64,000 bases of DNA, from contig NC_042997.1 in the NCBI RefSeq assembly GCF_006345805.1, positions 151,652,001-151,716,000 on the forward strand, given 5' to 3'. Made by a program: the position numbers and the translations under genes. This stretch comes from Octopus sinensis. Lineage: Eukaryota. This document shows positions 14,308 through 25,994 of the stretch, one piece after another. The notes beneath the pieces are model-generated. The model was given only the letters and a program-made list of their open reading frames with translations. It was not told where the DNA came from and searched no databases. Each line of letters opens with the position of its first letter. The first letter of the stretch is position 1.

Positions 14308-15504
14308 GTGTGTACTTACACGTAAACACAAACCAGCGTTAAGATTTATGAATCTCCACTTTCCCCACCGGCCAATCAAGCCTGTTAGTATTTGTTTGTA
14401 CATTTTACTTATACCCAACTTCATTGTAAGGTTACATGACTAAAAGCATGTAGCATTCGCATGCAGTCCTTCCTTAGTGTAGGTTCCATGGTTGCAGTTC
14501 ATGAGGTTTTAACTCAAGTGGGAGGAATTAATCCGAGTTGTCGGTGCTAGGTTTGTATCAGTTATATGTAGTTTACGCTGTAGCATTTGAACGTGTGTTT
14601 AGCTATATGTATGCATCTGGGTAGACGTTACGTAAATTTGTTTATAATCCGCTCCATTGTTAATAATACTGAGAATGAATACTACGCAATTGTAATGGAA
14701 TTATAAGTGTACATACATTTCTAGGTGAATCTGACTACTACACAAAGGATTGCCGTCTTGAGAAAATATGGGAAATATATTTGTATATATTGCTTTTCTT
14801 TTTCAGTATGAAATATCATTTTGTTTCTCAAGTGTCTTCTCGTACTTCTGTATTTTAGCTCTAAATATGATTGTGTTACATTTATTTCATACTTTGGTAA
14901 TCAGTTCTCGCATAAAAATATTTTCATTCTAAATGCAAGATATTTATACATTTAATTACTGTAATGGCCCTTTTTCCGCTCGTTGATTTTATGTTTTAAT
15001 CACATGATGCGACATGGTTGCCTGTTAATTTGAAAGTAGATAATCAATACTGGAGTGATTTTGCATTTTATATTTTCACTACAAATTTCAGTACGCCAAG
15101 AAATGCTGTAAAATGTTTGACAATGGGAATCGGACTCATTTGTGTTCTTGATATTTAGGCTGATCCTTAAATCATCGCCTCCTTCATAAGAGTCATGTAA
15201 GATTTTATAGTTAATATAAACTAAAACTCCTTGAGCAACGTCCTTTTACACTTCCGCTAATCATGGTAGCAGGTTACCCTACATTCTATGAATTTAATTT
15301 CTGACTGTTGGATACGCTATTATATCCGATAAAGGTATAAAATATATAATGTGTACATTTACAACGGTACTTTATGATGCGTAATTCCAGGGCCCCATCA
15401 CCTAGCAGTATCAGAAATAGACGAAGTTGGGTAGACTACTGCACTGAATCAAAAATCTTCTACTTAAAGGGATATGACACAAATGCTTGACTAAAATGTT
15501 AATA

Positions 15505-15674
15505 GGCGCAGGAGTGGCAGTGTTGTAAGTAGCTTGCTTACCAACACATGGTTCCAGGTTCAGTCCCACTGCGTGGCACTTTGGGCAAGTGTCTCCAAGT
15601 ATAGCCCCGAGTCGACCAAAGCTTTGTGAGTGGATTTGGTAGACGGAAACTGATAGAAGCCCGTCGTATATATG

Positions 15675-15744
<70 letters not shown>

Positions 15745-15942
15745 CGTGTGTGTGTGTGTGTTTGTGCGTCTGTGTTTGTCCCAATCCCCCAACATCGCTT
15801 GACAACCTATGCTGGTGTGTTTACGTCCCCGTAACTTAGCTGTTCGGCAAAAGTGACCGACAGAATAAGTACTATGCTTCCAAAGAATAAGACAACAGGC
15901 AGTGCTCCACTGAAACAAGTAAAAGAGTAAAAGAGTAAAAGA
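15505..15942 (+). mobile_element. Near full-length CORE-type SINE (octopus OR-like) with internal (TG)n
   Basis: Head ggcgcaggagtggc..ggttcagtccc (A/B-box-like), CORE-like ggcactttgggcaagtgtct, internal (TG)n, tail ending in (gtaaaaga)n; many copies in the window. Confidence 0.85.
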
Positions 15943-16672
15943 GACACGACATATGTAGAAAATATTATTCAAGTATGAGTTAAAAGCAGCTCGAGGGATA
16001 TGAACTATAAACAATAAACAATATCAAACACACATACACAAGGTATGTGTTTTGTTAGTTCGAGTGTAGGCTTAGAGGCGTAAAAACATATTCTAATGGT
16101 TACGTCTACACCGGTTTTTATACCGGTGTACTTTATACTGTGTCCCTTTCCTGCCTCATAACCTAAGGGTTTCACAAGTAGAAGCGCTAAAACAAATGCC
16201 AGAATCAAATATTATGAGGGATAATATGATAGACTAAACCAATGAAGCCGGTGCCATTGCAGAGTTGCAGTTCAACGATTGAAAGCGAGTATAAAAAAAA
16301 TATACGTTCTAACACCATTAAATTATTACTTCCTTCTTCAAGCTCCGCGTTTATCGGTAAACGATTTTCACTTTGTAGTGTTCTTTCAAACTTCGTTGTT
16401 ATTTGCGCTATCGTTTAATACTATGAAAATATCTTTGGATTTTTCATGTTCGTTTGATGTCAGACGAGTGTACATTGGTATAATTTTGTACACCACGATA
16501 GCGTATGAAATTTCCTTGGTGAGCAAACATTACGGAAAAATCGAAGAGATAATCGTATTAAGTAAAATTATATTTAGGTATATCTGCAATATATTTCAAT
16601 GTTAGCATCATTATAAAGACGCAGTATACACACATACATATGCACATATATTTTTGTATAAGTACGTGTGCG

Positions 16673-16772
<100 letters not shown>

Positions 16773-16810
16773 CAGAGACAGATAGATAGATAGATAGATA
16801 AATAGATAGC

Positions 16811-16856
<46 letters not shown>

Positions 16857-17675
16857 TAGATATAGATATAGATATAGAGATATAAATATATATATAGATA
16901 TGGATATATGTATATATGTATATATAAATCAATGTTTGTGCGCATATATATATATATATATATATATAATGACTACACGCACACACACAGAGAAACACAC
17001 ACACGCATACACGCACGCGCGCACACACGCACACATACACACACTAGTGAGAATGTTGGAAATGATAGAATCGATAGAGCAACGGTTAAAACGTCTTACA
17101 TATTTGATCTGCTGGTTCTGCGTTCAAACCCCGTCGAATTCAAGTTCGCATTTCATCATTCCGTAATCGAAAAATTAAAGTGTTAGTTTTGAAGCGGGAT
17201 GGAAGTAATCAAATAACCTCTAACACCTAAATTAACGGTCTTGTGTCTACTATAAATTAGGTGTGTATGTATGTACGTGTTCATACGTGCGTGTGTGTGA
17301 GCGCCTGTGTGTGTGTGGGTGTTGTATTTATATCTACGTTTTCCAAATTTTTCCCTCATATAACCATTCTGTATTTAAAGTGTCTCACGATCCTGCAGGC
17401 TTTTGGAATATCTGTCAACCACACAATCAGATTTTATTACCTGGCAGCAAATTCATTTTCCCATTTTCATCTATTAAAGGAAATGTATATCTAATTAAAT
17501 ATGTAATTAAATAAATTGCAACGTTGTCTTTTATTCATTGAATGGAATAATTTATGCCGCTTTACTGATTACATATCCTGGATTTCAGGTTCAACGGTTA
17601 TCGGTTTGAAGCGGAGATCAAGTTCCGCATTTATCCCATTTATATATTTGCATTTTATATGATATAAAACATTTG

Positions 17676-18560
17676 GGAGAATGCCTGCTGACAAAAATCT
17701 GTAGTTAGGAATGGCTTTAAATTTTCAGGTTTCTGGATGCCCATTCTTGGTACACATTTTTCACATTTAACCAAAAATTTCCTAAATCATACTGCATGAA
17801 ACTAGACTTTCGTGGTGTGACACACAAAAGTTCAACAATATTATCTACATTTGAAGTTAAATGTTTAACAGATTTTATATTTATATTAAATGGTTCCCTA
17901 ATCTAATTTCTATCGGTATCTGGAAAACAAAATTGAAGCAATAACAGTTCTTCAAATCCTTGGAAGAGTTGAATGAAAATATTTCATATTTCTAGAGGAA
18001 GGTTAGCATCAGCCATTGAGGAAAGTCCCAGAGTGTCGGAAAGAATTCAAACACAGCCCAGCAGATGACGGACCATATTAATCTTCAAAGACGAAACGCC
18101 ATTAAGGCTGTAATGTAGGTCATTCAAATGAGGAAAAATATTAGATAGGCACGAAAAGCTAAACCATGAGAACAATGTTTTATACCTTTACGTATCCCTA
18201 ATATGCGGGTAACTGCTCTACCTTGACACAGACTTTAGAGTACAATAATACTTCATTCTAGATACTGCCTGTATCCTCACGCAAAATAAAAACAACTAAA
18301 AGCACGAGAATTTAAAGGATGAGCTATCATAAAATTAGCGCTTTCCACTATTTCTAAAGCCATCTTCAATTTTCTTGGCGTGCTTCTTGCTACCAATGCT
18401 TTTTAACGTAATGCAGCAACGAATCTATTTGGCATTTGGTATTATACCTCGAATATTTGCCTTGGGTTCTCGTGTATTTTCTTAACATTACAGGAGCCCC
18501 AACAATACTGACTTCTATGTATCCCACTATTTCGTTTTCGAGAATGAATATTCTCCATTT
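17676..18560 (-). pseudogene. hAT (Buster/Charlie-type) transposase relic
   Basis: Minus-strand translation across frameshifts: ALVARSTPRKLKMALEIVESANFMIAHPLNSRAF and FWLNVKKCVPRM..LKPFLTTDFCQQAFS (hAT dimerisation motif PFxTTYxCExxFS). Confidence 0.7.
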
Positions 18561-19020
18561 TCAAAACTAAGTCTTAATAGAAGCGTTGTTATTTCTGTGT
18601 TCATTTAGTAAGCAGCAAGGGATTATGAAAATAACATTATATCTATGGAAATCATTGTGGTTCAATTTAAAATTGTTTAACTCTGAATCCCACGATACTT
18701 TCTTGGTTTATTCCCATATGCTGAATCAGTGTGTTCATTTTAGGTTTGCATTGTGCTATTATATAATATTCCCTAGATAAACAGATATTTGTTTTCTGTG
18801 TTTTTGTCGGGCGACGAGGAATTATGTATATAATAGAATAATTAGCAACCAATGATTTTTGTATCTCGGTTTAGTCTAGGCTGTCTATTGTAATGTACAA
18901 TAATAGAATCTTGTTGAAAAGGCATAGTTCTCTGACGAGAAATTATCTGATAATGATGATGATGATGATGATGGGGGTGATGATAATGATTTTGTTTCAT
19001 ATAAATATACTCAATCCCAC

Positions 19021-19070
<50 letters not shown>

Positions 19071-19615
19071 ATGTATACACACACTTATACAAACCAATGT
19101 ACACACACACACAGACTCACGTACACACTCACACACAGACACACACGCGCGTAGATAACGTATCAGTGTTCAGCCTTTTTTACCGAACGAACTGCGGCAA
19201 ATGATTTGTTTATAATGATCCAATGTATGTTCTGTACATTAGTTCCCTCTCCCCATAAAATCGATGTTGCCTGAACAGGGGCTTGGTGTACCACCCGTCA
19301 GATTTAGAACGTGGTCGCAGAGAAACGTGAGATGAAGTCTTGTTCAAAAACACAAAGCACCACTCGGTCTAGGAACCGAAGCTACAATGTGGTGATCGTG
19401 GGTGCAACACCCTAACTCATATATATTATATCTCTAACAACCTCATACTTCTCTCAGTTCCAAAATGGACCATTCGCTAGATGCCCTATTATGGGCTCTT
19501 ATTTACAACCCACATATCCCTTTTTGGAAATACGTGAAAGGAGCTTTCAATGATATTGCGGTCTCCTTTGCGTCTCTACTGCCCCGTTTCAGTTTTCCTA
19601 TTTTATAATAAACAT

Positions 19616-19792
19616 TTCTTCTTCTTCTTCTTCTTCTTCTTCTTCTTCTTCTTCTTCTTCTTCTTCTTCTTCTTCTTCTTCTTCTTCTTCTTCTTCTTCT
19701 TCTTCTTCTTCTTCTTCTTCTTCTCTTCTTCTTCTTCTTCTTCTTCTTCTTCTTCTTCTTCTTCTTCTTCTTCTTCTTCTTCTTCTTCTTCT
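19616..19792 (+). repeat. (TTC)n microsatellite, ~59 units
   Basis: Seen directly; one single-base slip near 19724. Confidence 0.95.
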
Positions 19793-20474
19793 CACTTGTC
19801 TTATTTCATTTTTGTGTTTTGTTATCCACCACCCTTGGTTATGTCTAGAAATTCCATCTCCGGTTTCGCTTGAGCTGAGATAACTTTACTCCAACGCTAT
19901 TACTGTCTTTTCTATGATTATACGCAGGTGAAATGCAATGGCCTTTTGATAATTATACCACGGTTTGTCAAGATTTTAGGTCAAATTTAATCATAATAAA
20001 TGTTCATGTCATGATGACACTTAGTACAGAAGCAGTGATTCTAACTAATTTAAAGAAATGCCTAACCCAAGCCATATATATACCCTCTAGAATTAAATTA
20101 ATTTGGCTTCATTATTTTCTCACACATTCACATCTCACCGGAGACTTCAAAGCCTAACAATCCTGAATATTACATTTAATATTGGCAAATTCCCGTTCAA
20201 TGCACAATTGTTCTACATACTCTCCTAAGGTTACATTTTTAAAAATAAAACCATGGATACTTTGCCTGTATTTATATGCACACTTATATGCATAAATACA
20301 CGCATGTGTTTTTAAATGAAGACTACATATATACACACACACACACACATATATATATATACTTTATATACATACAAGCATTCATTCATACATACATATA
20401 TAACATAACATACACACAAATATAGATATATATATTCATGCATACGTACATACATATATGAATCTATAGATGAA

Positions 20475-20640
20475 GGCGCAAATATGGCTGCGTGGTAAGA
20501 AGGTTATTTTCCAATCACATATTACTGGGTTCAATCCCACCACATGGCGTATTGGCTAAGTGTCTTCTATTATAGCCTCGGTGTGGCCAAATATTTATGA
20601 GTGAATTGGTCAACGGAGATTAAAAGAGGGCCGTCGTTTA
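20475..20640 (+). mobile_element. CORE-type SINE head, diverged
   Basis: Homologous to 15505-15670. Confidence 0.65.
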
Positions 20641-20654
20641 TGTGAGCATATATA

Positions 20655-20725
<71 letters not shown>

Positions 20726-20738
20726 ATGTATGTATATA

Positions 20739-20780
<42 letters not shown>

Positions 20781-20784
<4 letters not shown>

Positions 20785-20947
20785 ATCCAAACATGAATAC
20801 ACAACAACGTGAGGGCGTGGAACAAATGTAGTGTTATTGAACGTTCAGGAAAAGAAAATAAAGGAGGAGTTAACGTTTCGAGCGGAGCTCTTCGTCAGAA
20901 AAGGAAGGATCCAAGGAAGGGAAGACGGAGGAAAAAATCGCCAACGT

Positions 20948-20948
<1 letters not shown>
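20781..20948 (-). mobile_element. Penelope pLTR-like short repeat in (TA)n, with a minimal hammerhead motif at 20868-20902
   Basis: Minus strand reads CTGACGA-a-gagc-tcc-gctc-GAAACGTT; homologues at 49325-49537 and 59776-59978. Confidence 0.6.
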
Positions 20949-21031
<83 letters not shown>

Positions 21032-21034
21032 AGC

Positions 21035-21311
21035 AATACATTAGATCAAATAGTATTCTGCTATAGGCCCTATTAGATTCCCCCACTAGCCTCCTGAAGT
21101 AACGTAGACACCAAAATGCAGTCCCTCTAATCAACCTCTTGAGAAAGTATTTAGACGCAGGTTATATACCGACAGCTCACATCCCAGTCTGTCATCCCGG
21201 TTTTCAAACAGGCCAACGGATCCCTCGCTGACAACTATCGCCCAATCTCACTCACCTCCCATATCATCTAAGTATTTGAAAAGGAGGTTAAATGAAGGAT
21301 AGTTGGCTTTC
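21035..21311 (+). mobile_element. CR1/L2-type LINE RT relic, left part
   Basis: Translates to VIPVFKQANGSLADNYRPISLTSH..IVGF; continues after the insertion at 25995. Confidence 0.75.
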
Positions 21312-21482
21312 GGTAAAATTACAGATTAACACCCGCACGATTTTCACTAAGAAAAAAAAAAACTCGGATTTTTTGCGTGGGATCAAGTACCCTGACCTCC
21401 TAATATGCTGCAAATCCCATATTTTGGTCCGGAATTGCTCCGGAAGGGGGGGGGTAACACGCCCCCCTCGGAATTTTCACAA
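21312..21482 (+). repeat. Left TIR (~170 bp)
   Basis: Reverse complement of 25820-25994 apart from homopolymer length differences and a few substitutions. Confidence 0.9.
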
Positions 21483-21742
21483 GGAAGAAGAAAAAAACCT
21501 CAGATTTCTTGCGTGGAATCAAGTACCCTGACCTCCTAATATGCTGCAAATCCCATATTTTGGTCCGGAAAGGGGGGGTAACCCCCCCCCCGGAATTTTC
21601 ACAAGGAAAAAAACAATCAGATTTTTGCGTGGAATCAAGTAACTTGACCTCCTAATATGCTGCAAATCCCATATTTTGGACCGGAATTGCTCCGGAAAGG
21701 TGGGGTAACCCCCTCCCCCGGAATTTTCACAAGGAAAAAAAA
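21365..21742 (+). repeat. Three tandem ~120-130-bp subterminal repeats
   Basis: gatttttgcgtggaatcaagta..ctcctaatatgctgcaaatcccatattttgg..ggaattttcacaagg x3 on the left, x1 in the right TIR. Confidence 0.85.
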
Positions 21743-22079
21743 ATAACATATCAATAATTTAGAAAAGAAACATTTCTAGAAAATAGTAAATTGAAGTGTG
21801 AACAAATCATTGGGCAAAAGAAGATTTGGCATACTGTCATGCCAAATCGTCAGAAGTGAAAGTCGTCAACTTCGTGTATTTGCGTCAGGTTCGCTGTTAC
21901 GCTTATAAAACAATTGAAGTTCAGTTTAAAGTTTATAAATAAATACATTTCATTCCATGTTCTGTTTAAACTTTATAAATAAATATATTCTTGCAGTGTG
22001 TGTATATGTGGCTATATGTCTGACTAATGTGTGTGTCTGTATTTATCGTATGTGTGTATAAGTAGTTATATGCTTATAT

Positions 22080-22151
22080 TATCCATTATAGTAATATTTG
22101 TCTGTTGAAACCTGTTTTAAGGCGGTCAATAGTTTAATTAAAGATGTATCT

Positions 22152-22203
<52 letters not shown>

Positions 22204-23470
22204 GTGTATATATACATGTGTATACATATATATATATATATATATATAAATATATATATACACATGTCTATATATATACACATGTATATATATATATAAA
22301 TATATATATATAAATATATATATATATACACATGTATATATATATACATGTATAGACACATCTTTAATTAAACTATTGACCGCCTTAAAACGGGTTTCAA
22401 CAGACAAATATTACTATAATGGATAATGTAATGGATAAAATTCAGACAAACTTACCTCTTGCTGTCAAAAAAAGTGGATTAATTCTCAGCAAAACATACT
22501 GTTATGCTAGACCAGTGGTTTTCAACCAGGGTTCCGCAAGAAGTTGCAAAACTGCTAAAATCGGCAGTAATTTTTAATTCTCCTGTGCAGATATGCGTGC
22601 ATAAGACTATTAAATTATTGCACAGGGGTTCCTCGAGCCAGTGGAATGTTTGAATTACGCTGTGTGGTTTCAGTTTCTAATTTTTGCTTCTGATCTCTCT
22701 TGCCCCCCCCCTCTCTATCTCAGTTGTTCATTCTGCTGATATTTAGAAAAGTTTTCGCGCCAAGTTTTGTTGTGGGCGGGAAAAGATGAACGATTTAAAA
22801 TAAATATACCTTAATTGTAGTGTGAGAAAGTATATATATTCTGATGATAAAATATATTATCTTTCAAAAACATCCCAAATTTATAGACTATATCGTGTAT
22901 GTTTAAGAAATGGTTTATGAGACATTGTTCATCTGTCTCCCCACCACACCTCCACCTACACAAAAATTAGTTTGAGATAGAGAGGGCGGCACAGAGAGAG
23001 ATCAGAAGCAAAAATTAGAACCTGACACTATCACAGAGCGTAATTCAAACATTCCACTGGCTCGAGGAACCCCTGTACAATAATTTAATAGTCTTATGCA
23101 CACATATCTGCACAGGAGAATTAAAAATTACTGCCGATTTTAGCAGTTTTGCAACTTCTTGCGGAACCCTGGTTGAAAACCACTGGTCTAGCATAACAGT
23201 ATGTTTTGCTGAGAATTAATCCACTTTTTTTGACAGCAAGAGGTAAGTTTGTCTGAATTTTATCCATTACTTTATCCATTATAGTAATATTTGTCTGTTG
23301 AAACCCGTTTTAAGGCGGTCAATAGTTTAATTAAAGATGTGTCTATACATGTATATATATATATACATGTGTATATATATATATTTATATATATATATTT
23401 ATATTTACATGTGTATATATATAGACATGTGTATATATATATATATATTTATTATATATATATATATATA
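22080..23470. repeat. Nested long inverted repeat flanked by (TA)n-rich tracts, containing a mirrored hAT-like end
   Basis: 22344-22660 mirrors 23039-23355 with ~3 mismatches; an 80-bp terminal block is also present at 22080-22160. Confidence 0.8.
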
Positions 23471-23695
23471 TATCAATTAATCATTTAGGGTAGCAAAAAA
23501 TTCAGTAAAAATTTATCGCTACCAGCGGCCTAATGGAAAAGAGAAAATAGTCAAAGACTAAATATGTATAAATATAACAATTTAGGAATGGCCTGAACAG
23601 GCCATTCGTCCACCAGAAAGAGCAGCCATAACTCCAACCGCCAAGTAGTGTAATTCGGAAATAAGGTGAAAATTTAAAAACATTACCCTAATTCA

Positions 23696-23796
23696 TCTTT
23701 TATACGATGCATCGTTTCGGTGTCTTTAATGATAGACCAGCTTAATTAAATTAAATTAAGCTGGTCTACCATAGGTCACACTTCATCAGTAAAAGA
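23696..23796 (-). ncRNA. Type I hammerhead ribozyme motif, copy 1
   Basis: Minus strand: UCUUUUA-CUGAUGA-[stem II]-GAAA-CGAUGCAUCG-UA-UAAAAGA; 7-bp stem I, GUA cleavage triplet (A17 at 23703). Confidence 0.8.
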
Positions 23797-24170
23797 AACC
23801 TGGGAGAGACGGATATACACGAGGCTACTGTATCAATGCCTCGGGAATATCTGTCTTAAAATTTTCAAGACCAACGCATTCGCGCCAAACTTATCGGCAG
23901 CAAATATAAACTGCCGATTCAATCTCAGAATTAGTCAGAAAATTATCAATTAATCAATTTAGGGTAGCAAAAAATTCAGTAAAAATTTATCGCTACCAGC
24001 GGCCTAATGGAAAAGAGAAAATAGTCAAAGACTAAATATGTATAAATATAACAATTTAGGAATGGCCTGAACAGGCCATTCGTCCACCAGAAAGAGCAGC
24101 CATAACTCCAACCGCCAAGTAGTGTAATTCGGAAATAAGGTGAAAATTTAAAAACATTTACCCTAATTCA

Positions 24171-24271
24171 TCTTTTATACGATGCATCGTTTCGGTGTCT
24201 TTAATGATAGACCAGCTTAATTAAATTAAATTAAGCTGGTCTACCATAGGTCACACTTCATCAGTAAAAGA
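24171..24271 (-). ncRNA. Type I hammerhead ribozyme motif, copy 2
   Basis: Identical to copy 1, 475 nt away (A17 at 24178). Confidence 0.8.
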
Positions 24272-24714
24272 AACCTGGGAGAGACGGATATACACGAGGC
24301 TACTGTATCAATGCCTCGGGAATATCTGTCTTAAAATTTTCAAGACCAACGCATTCGCGCCAAACTTATCGGCAGCAAATATAAACTGCCGATTCAATCT
24401 CAGAATTAGTCAGAAAATTATCAATTAATCAATTTAGGGTAGCAAAAAATTCAGTAAAAATTTATCGCTACCAGCGGCCTAATGGAAAAGAGAAAATAGT
24501 CAAAGACTAAATATGTATAAATATAACAATTTAGGAATGGCCTGAACAGGCCATTCGTCCACCAGAAAGAGCAGCCATAACTCCAACCGCCAAGTAGTGT
24601 AATTCGGAAATAAGGTGAAAATTTAAAAACATTTACCCTAATTCATCTTTTATACGATGCATCGTTTCGGTGTCTTTAATGAGTAGCCTCGTGTATATCC
24701 GTCTCTCCCAGGTT

Positions 24715-24815
24715 TCTTTTACTGATGAAGTGTGACCTATGGTAGACCAGCTTAATTTAATTTAATTAAGCTGGTCTATCATTAAAGACACCGAAACGAT
24801 GCATCGTATAAAAGA
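24715..24815 (+). ncRNA. Type I hammerhead ribozyme motif, copy 3
   Basis: tctttta-ctgatga-agtgtgacc...gacacc-gaaa-cgatgcatcg-ta-taaaaga; predicted cut after 24808. Confidence 0.8.
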
Positions 24816-25187
24816 TGAATTAGGGTAAATGTTTTTAATTTTCACCTTATTTCCGAATTACACTACTTGGCGGTTGGAGTTATGGCTGCTCTTTCTGGTG
24901 GACGAATGGCCTGTTCAGGCCATTCCTAAATTGTTATATTTATACATATTTAGTCTTTGACTATTTTCTCTTTTCCATTAGGCCGCTGGTAGCGATAAAT
25001 TTTTACTGAATTTTTTGCTACCCTAAATTGATTAATTGATAATTTTCTGACTAATTCTGAGATTGAATCGGCAGTTTATATTTGCTGCCGATAAGTTTGG
25101 CGCGAATGCGTTGGTCTTGAAAATTTTAAGACAGATTTCCCGAGGCATTGATACAGTAGCCTCGTGTATATCCGTCTCTCCCAGGTT

Positions 25188-25288
25188 TCTTTTACTGATG
25201 AAGTGTGACCTATGGTAGACCAGCTTAATTTAATTTAATTAAGCTGGTCTATCATTAAAGACACCGAAACGATGCATCGTATAAAAGA
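25188..25288 (+). ncRNA. Type I hammerhead ribozyme motif, copy 4
   Basis: Identical motif; predicted cut after 25281. Confidence 0.8.
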
Positions 25289-25659
25289 TGAATTAGGGTA
25301 AATGTTTTTAAATTTTCACCTTATTCCGAATTACACTACTTGGCGGTTGGAGTTATGGCTGCTCTTCTGGTGGACGAATGGCCTGTTCAGGCCATTCCTA
25401 AATTGTTATATTTATACATATTTAGTCTTTGACTATTTTCTCTTTTCCATTAGGCCGCTGGTAGCGATAAATTTTTACTGAATTTTTTGCTACCCTAAAT
25501 TGATGAATTGATAATTTTCTGACTAATTCTGAGATTGAATCGGCAGTTTATATTTGCTGCCGATAAGTTTGGCGCGAATGCGTTGGTCTTGAAAATTTTA
25601 AGACAGATTTCCCGAGGCATTGATACAGTAGCCTCGTGTATATCCGTCTCTCCCAGGTT

Positions 25660-25760
25660 TCTTTTACTGATGAAGTGTGACCTATGGTAGACCAGCTTAA
25701 TTTAATTTAATTAAGCTGGTCTATCATTAAAGACACCGAAACGATGCATCGTATAAAAGA
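25660..25760 (+). ncRNA. Type I hammerhead ribozyme motif, copy 5
   Basis: Identical motif; predicted cut after 25753. Confidence 0.8.
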
Positions 25761-25819
25761 TGAATTAGGGTAAATGTTTTTAAATTTTCACCTTATTTCC
25801 GAATTACACTACTTGGCGG

Positions 25820-25994
25820 TTGTGAAAATTCCGGGGGGGGGGTGTTACCCCCCCCCTTTCCGGAGCAATTCCGGACCAAAATATGGGATTTGCAGCATAT
25901 TAGGAGGTCAGGGTACTTGATCCCACGCAAAAAATCCGAGTTTTTTTTTTTTTTCTTAGTGAAAATCGTGCGGGTGTTAATCTGTAATTTTACC
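25820..25994 (-). repeat. Right TIR (~175 bp)
   Basis: Ends ...cgtgcgggtgttaatctgtaattttacc, followed by TSD tggctttc. Confidence 0.9.

Larger units (their letters stand above)
23473..24682 (-). repeat. Tandem array of ~475-bp units (2.5 copies), hammerheads on minus strand
   Basis: Unit starts at 23473, 23946 and 24421. Confidence 0.95.
24683..25821 (+). repeat. Inverted tandem array of the same unit (~2.4 copies), hammerheads on plus strand
   Basis: Reverse complement of the preceding array; period 472-473 bp. Confidence 0.95.
21312..25994. mobile_element. Non-autonomous composite DNA transposon, Merlin-like (GG termini, 8-bp TSD), 4683 bp
   Basis: TSD tggctttc at 21304-21311 and 25995-26002; TIRs start ggtaaaattacagattaacacccgcacg; LINE reading rejoins across the TSD; no transposase ORF inside. 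Confidence 0.85.

Noticed and set aside
18055-18112. cagatga...gacgaaac..ggctg resembling a hammerhead
   Set aside because: Core and cleavage triplet are wrong, and it lies inside the hAT transposase relic.
21365-21742. Regular repeats as a CRISPR array (also 8464-8536 and the 475-bp units)
   Set aside because: No unique spacers, no cas genes, eukaryotic context; these are tandem repeats.
21821-21852. Hairpin gatttggcat-actgtc-atgccaaatc next to CTGACGA (minus)
   Set aside because: No GAAA or stem III follows; a simple dyad only.
23473-25821. Array as bacterial, plasmid or viral contamination
   Set aside because: It is bounded by TIRs and a TSD embedded in a host LINE relic and abuts host (TA)n; no ORFs or iteron/rep signature.
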